A stretch of 36,336 bases of DNA, from assembly GCA_035650735.1 (NCBI GenBank), contig DASRGZ010000170.1, positions 1 through 36,336 on the forward strand, read 5' to 3'. Under the pieces are notes generated by a model, which was not told where the DNA came from, made no database searches, and saw only the letters and a list, made by a program, of their open reading frames with translations. Within the stretch, counting starts at the first letter, position 1; every line of letters starts with the position of its first letter. The stretch is from Chthonomonadaceae bacterium (GTDB lineage: Bacteria; Armatimonadota; Chthonomonadetes; Chthonomonadales; Chthonomonadaceae). The translations under genes and the position numbers were made by a program. Below, piece after piece: positions 32,209 through 36,336 of the stretch.

Positions 32209-33621
32209 TCAGGAAGCGGCGGCTTTTTGGTCCGCCCTGGCGCGCAACCGCGACTGGGCTTGCTGCCATTGAATACGCACCGCCTCCGGGGAAGTTCCGC
32301 CCTGGGAGCGGCGCGTGGTCACGCTGGAGCGGACGCCAAGAACGCTGAGCGCGGCGCAGACATCTTCGCCAAGCAGCGGCGAGAAGCCGGCCAGCGTCGG
32401 GCCATCCAGGGATTCCAGGGTGATACCTGATTGTATGCAGTGCCGGACGATACGCCCCACGACCTCATGCGCCTCCCGGAACGGCAGCCCGCGCCGTACC
32501 AGGTAATCGGCCAGGTCGGTGGCGGTGGAGAAGTCGCCGGTTGTGGCGGCAGCCATCCGGTCGGCACGGAAGCGGGCGGTGGCGAGGGTGCGTTGTAAGG
32601 CCGGAAGGACCAGCCGCAGCGTATCTACGGCGTCGAACAGGGGCTCTTTGTCCTCCTGCATATCTTTATTATAGGCTAATGGGAGCCCTTTCATCAGGGT
32701 CAAAATCGCCATGAGGTCGCCGTAGACCCGGCCCGTCTTGCCGCGCGCCAGCTCCGCCACGTCCGGGTTCTTCTTCTGGGGCATGATGCTGCTGCCCGTC
32801 GTCACCGAATCGTCGAGCGCGATAAAGCCGAACTCCGGGCTGTTCCAGAGGATGATCTCTTCGGCCAGGCGGGACAGGTGCATCATCAGGATGCTCGCCA
32901 CGGCCAGGAACTCGGCGATAAAGTCCCGGTCGGATACGGCATCTAGGCTGTTCTCCAGCACCTCCTCGAAGCCGAGTTCTGCGGCCACGCGCTTCCTGTC
33001 AATGGGGAAGCCGGTTCCGGCCAGCGCGCCCGCCCCCAGCGGCAGACGGTTGATGCGCTTGCGGGCGTCCGTCAGGCGCTCGCGGTCGCGGTCGAGCATC
33101 CAGAAATAGGCCAGCAGGTGATGCGCCAGCACAATCGGCTGGGCGTGCTGGAGGTGAGTGTAGCCGGGCAGGACGGTCTCCATCTCCCGGTCGGCCAGCG
33201 CCAGCAGCGTCTCCTGGAAGGCGGCGATCTCGGCGTCTAGGGCGTCGCACTCTTCCCGCAGGTAGAGGCGTACGTCCGTCGCCACCTGGTCGTTGCGGCT
33301 GCGGGCCGTGTGGAGCTTGCCTGCCACCGCGCCGATGCGCTCGCGCAGCAGGCCCTCCACGGCGGTATGCACGTCCTCGGCGTCGGCGGGCAGCTCCTCT
33401 GCGCCGCTCTCCAGGTCCTCCTGGAGCGCCCGCAACCCGGCCACGATCTGATCGGCCTCCTCCTGAGGGAGGATGCCGGTGGCACCCAGCATGGCGGCGT
33501 GGGCGAGGCTGCCCTGGATGTCGTGCCGCCACAGCCGCGCATCGAAGGTCAGTGAGTTGTTCAGGCGCTCAATGAGGGCGTCCGTCTGGCCCTCAAAGCG
33601 CCCGCCCCAGAGTTTGCGCAC
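32209..33621 (-). CDS. argH: Argininosuccinate lyase
   Basis: [57 protein letters not shown]. Confidence 0.98.
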   Translation of the reverse strand: MRKLWGGRFEGQTDALIERLNNSLTFDARLWRHDIQGSLAHAAMLGATGILPQEEADQIVAGLRALQEDLESGAEELPADAEDVHTAVEGLLRERIGAVAGKLHTARSRNDQVATDVRLYLREECDALDAEIAAFQETLLALADREMETVLPGYTHLQHAQPIVLAHHLLAYFWMLDRDRERLTDARKRINRLPLGAGALAGTGFPIDRKRVAAELGFEEVLENSLDAVSDRDFIAEFLAVASILMMHLSRLAEEIILWNSPEFGFIALDDSVTTGSSIMPQKKNPDVAELARGKTGRVYGDLMAILTLMKGLPLAYNKDMQEDKEPLFDAVDTLRLVLPALQRTLATARFRADRMAAATTGDFSTATDLADYLVRRGLPFREAHEVVGRIVRHCIQSGITLESLDGPTLAGFSPLLGEDVCAALSVLGVRSSVTTRRSQGGTSPEAVRIQWQQAQSRLRARADQKAAAS

Positions 33622-33630
33622 GACGAACTC

Positions 33631-34851
33631 CTACTTCCCCTGGTGCTTGAGCATCCAGTACATGCGCGATTGCAGGCCGTGCGTCTTGACGATGCCCAGC
33701 GACTCGGACTGGTCGAAGGTCTTGCTGTCGAACGAGGCCAGGTCCTCGTTGTAGAGGGCATACGGGCTGCTGCGTCCGATGACGACGGCGCTGCCTTTAG
33801 CCAGCCGCAGCGTGACGGTGCCTGTGACGCGCTCCTGAATCTTGCCGATGAAGGCTTCCAGGTCTTCCTTGAGCGGGTCAAACCAGAGGCCCTTGTAGGC
33901 CAGCTCGCCCCACTCGCGGTCCACCAGCGCCTTGAACTTGAGCTCGCCCTGCGTGCAGACCAGCGCCTCCAGCGCCTTGTGCGCGGTCAGCAGCACGACG
34001 GCGGCGGGGCACTCGTAGTTCTCACGCACCTTCAGGCCCAGCATCCGGTCTTCCATGATGTCAATGCGGCCTACGCCGTTTTCGCCCGCGATTTTGTTCA
34101 ACTTTGTGACTAAATCCAGGCCAGAAAGCCGCTCACCGTCGAGCGCGGCGGGTGCGCCCTGCTCAAAGCCGATACGCAGAAGGCGCGGCGCGTCCGGGGC
34201 ATCCTGGAGGCTGCGCGTCCAGTGGAAGATCTCCTCTGGCGGCGCATAGTCCGGCTCCTCTAGGCGGCCCCCTTCAATGCTGCGGCCCCAAAGGTTCTCG
34301 TCAATGCTCCAGATCTTATCCTTGGTCTGCGGGATGGCGAGGCCGTGGGCGTTGGCGTAGTCGATCTCTTCGCTGCGCGTCCAGGGCTCGCGGCGTCCGT
34401 CGGGCAGCCTGCGGCCCTCGCGCATGGGCGCGACGATCTCGGCCTCCGGCATCAGCGTGCGGATGACGTACTCGATGCGGAACTGGTCGTTGCCTTTGCC
34501 GGTGCAGCCGTGCCCGAAGGCGTGCGCGCCCAGTTCCCGCGCCTTCTCGACGGCCTTGAGCGCGATCAGCGGGCGGGCGATGCTGGTGGAGATGGGATAG
34601 CCCTCGTAGTCGCCGTTGGCGCGGACGGCGGGCCAGCAGTAGTTTTCGACAAACTCGGTTTTGGCGTCTACCGTGTAGTGCTCCGTGCCGAGGCGCTTTG
34701 CGCGCTCCTCGGCCTCGCGGATGTCCTCGGCAGGCTGGCCGACATCCACGGTGACGGTGATGACGTGATCAAAGCCGTATTCTTCCCGCATTAGCGGGAT
34801 ACAGACGGAGGTATCCAGACCCCCGGAGTACACCAGAACAACTTTGCGCAT
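33631..34851 (-). CDS. argG: Argininosuccinate synthase
   Basis: YSGGLDTS, ARPLIA, HGCTGKGNDQFR, SIDENLWGRSIEGG, GVGRIDIMEDR, GRSSPYALY. Confidence 0.98.
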   Translation of the reverse strand: MRKVVLVYSGGLDTSVCIPLMREEYGFDHVITVTVDVGQPAEDIREAEERAKRLGTEHYTVDAKTEFVENYCWPAVRANGDYEGYPISTSIARPLIALKAVEKARELGAHAFGHGCTGKGNDQFRIEYVIRTLMPEAEIVAPMREGRRLPDGRREPWTRSEEIDYANAHGLAIPQTKDKIWSIDENLWGRSIEGGRLEEPDYAPPEEIFHWTRSLQDAPDAPRLLRIGFEQGAPAALDGERLSGLDLVTKLNKIAGENGVGRIDIMEDRMLGLKVRENYECPAAVVLLTAHKALEALVCTQGELKFKALVDREWGELAYKGLWFDPLKEDLEAFIGKIQERVTGTVTLRLAKGSAVVIGRSSPYALYNEDLASFDSKTFDQSESLGIVKTHGLQSRMYWMLKHQGK

Positions 34852-34903
34852 TCTCTCTTCCTTAAATGAGCGCGAACAGGCCCTTCTTGACCTAACTCCC
34901 GGC

Positions 34904-35028
34904 TCGGCAGGCTAAACCCTGCCGCTATGGGGCCTACGGCCCGCTGCCCACCTACGTGGGCAGAGAAAACACCCGGCTTCTCCTCCCTCCTCTCCCGCAG
35001 CGTGGGAGAGGGGTCGGGGGTGAGGGCT
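34904..35028. repeat. Composite REP-like element between argF and argG
   Basis: Stacked palindromes CGGCAGG/CCTGCCG, GGGCC/GGCCC and CTGCCCAC/GTGGGCAG, then CCTCTCCC-GCAGCGT-GGGAGAGG-GGTCGGGGGTGAGGG; same layout as the cluster at the window start. Confidence 0.75.
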
Positions 35029-35036
35029 ATTGCAGC

Positions 35037-36335
35037 TTATAATCCTAAAATCAGGGCGAGCAGGGCTTTCTGCGTGTGCAGGCGATTTTCGGCCTGATCG
35101 AGGATGGGCTTCTTGTATGCCTCCATTATGTCGTCGGCGATCTCCTCGCCCCGGTGCGCGGGCAGGCAGTGGAGGCAGATGGCATCCGGCTTGGCCTGGC
35201 GGACGAGCTCCATGTTGATCTGATAGGGCGCGAACACCTGCGCGCGCACCTGCTGCTCCTCCTCCTGGCCCATGCTGGCCCAGACATCGGTATAGAGGGC
35301 GTCGGCTCCCTGGGCCGCCTCCGCCGGGTCGGTGACGAGGGCGATCTGAGCGCCCGTCTCCTGTCCGATGCGCTGCGCCTCGGCAATATAAGCCGGGTCG
35401 GGCGCATAGCCCTGCGGACATGCCGCCGTTAAGTTTACCCCAACTTTGGCGCAGGCGAGCAAGAGGGCGTGCAAAACGTTGTTGCCGTCGCCGATATAGG
35501 CCAGTTTCAGGTTGTTGCCAAGCTCGCCTTTGTACTCCTGAAGGGTGAGGAGGTCGGCGAACGCCTGGCAGGGGTGCTCCCGGTCGCTGAGGGCGTTGAT
35601 GACGGGGATGGTAGCGTTGGCGGCCAACTGCTCGACGGTTTCATGCTTGAAGACCCGGGCGGCGATGGCGTCCACCCAGCGCGAGAGGGCGGCGGCGACA
35701 TCGGGGACGGCTTCGCGCGTGCCCAGGCCGACGTCGGTGGGGGCAAGGTAGATGGCGTGACCGCCGAGATGCGCCATGCCCGCCTCGAAGCTGACGCGCG
35801 TGCGCAGCGACGGCTTCTCGAACAGCATCGCCAGCGTGTGGGGATAAGAAAACTGATGTGTCAGAGACCGGCGCTCTTGATGCAGCAGTTTCATCGCCGC
35901 CGCGATGTCCAGAACGACGCGGAATTGCACCGGTGTGACATCAAACAGGCTGACGAGGGATCTCTTGCGCCACTGGGCGGAATCGGCGCGGATCTCACGA
36001 AGGCTGTTAAATTCTGCCAATCGAGCAGGATCGGCTGGCGCGCGCGTTACTTCACGGGATGCCACTTCGGGGTGCTCGGCCTGGATGGCCATGACCTCCT
36101 GGCGGGCACGCTCCAGATCCACGCCCAGCTTGGCCAGCACTCTCCCGGCCAACCCCTCGCCTTCCCGGATCAGACCCAGCAGCAGGTGCTCCGTGCCAAT
36201 GTAGTTGTTGGAAAGCTGACGGGCCTCATCGTAGGCCAGATCGATCACCCGCTTGGCCCGGGGCGTCAACTGCATGTCCTGGCCTAAGCGCCCGTCGCCT
36301 CGGGTGACCTGGCGCTCGATCTCGCTGCGGATGCG
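35037..36335 (-). CDS. argF: Ornithine carbamoyltransferase fused to an N-terminal Clp_N (ClpC-type repeat) domain; 5'-partial
   Basis: Frame open to the window edge: RIRSEIERQVTRGDGRLGQDMQLTPRAKRVIDLAYDEARQLSNNYIGTEHLLLGLIREGEG, then OTCase motifs FEKPSLRTRVSFE, PVINALS, HPCQ, GDGNN, YTDVWASMGQE, HCLPAHRG, QAENR. Confidence 0.93.
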   Translation of the reverse strand, partial: RIRSEIERQVTRGDGRLGQDMQLTPRAKRVIDLAYDEARQLSNNYIGTEHLLLGLIREGEGLAGRVLAKLGVDLERARQEVMAIQAEHPEVASREVTRAPADPARLAEFNSLREIRADSAQWRKRSLVSLFDVTPVQFRVVLDIAAAMKLLHQERRSLTHQFSYPHTLAMLFEKPSLRTRVSFEAGMAHLGGHAIYLAPTDVGLGTREAVPDVAAALSRWVDAIAARVFKHETVEQLAANATIPVINALSDREHPCQAFADLLTLQEYKGELGNNLKLAYIGDGNNVLHALLLACAKVGVNLTAACPQGYAPDPAYIAEAQRIGQETGAQIALVTDPAEAAQGADALYTDVWASMGQEEEQQVRAQVFAPYQINMELVRQAKPDAICLHCLPAHRGEEIADDIMEAYKKPILDQAENRLHTQKALLALILGL

Positions 36336-36336
36336 G

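Noticed and set aside
35790..35830. SLRT instead of STRT as a sign of N-acetyl/N-succinyl-ornithine transcarbamylase
   Set aside because: The DVWASMG ornithine-binding loop and HCLPAHRG are canonical OTCase features, and the gene lies with argG and argH.

Overview
High-GC bacterial chromosomal window; the protein style (Clp N-domain, LysM-SH3-NlpC/P60, ankyrin tail) suggests Armatimonadota, which is inference only. In order: diadenylate cyclase dacA divergent from a LysM-SH3-NlpC/P60 hydrolase; a cytochrome c/DUF2231 membrane fusion; two Tat-exported Gfo/Idh/MocA oxidoreductases plus apbE; a Bax-inhibitor/YccA protein; a decayed accessory patch (DUF151 nuclease, dead IS3, truncated IS21 istA, aldo/keto reductase and an AKR pseudogene); a BlaI-type repressor; a large secreted protein behind an ASCH gene; argS; a CBS-DUF1385 fusion; a PilT-family ATPase; a thioredoxin-fold/TPR selenoprotein that the ORF track truncates (in-frame UGA in a UxxC motif with a SECIS-like hairpin); yajQ coupled to an orphan ParB-like gene; a TolB-like propeller; convergent REC-HD-GYP and GAF-GGDEF genes; and argH-argG-argF, with argF fused to a ClpC-type N-terminal domain. 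Best leads: the Clp_N-OTCase fusion, the hidden selenoprotein, a near-unidirectional A:T->C:G decay signature in both IS remnants, a possible exported flavin/heme redox module, an ArgRS with non-canonical signature motifs, and several structured non-coding RNA candidates. No rRNA, tRNA or CRISPR array was recognised.
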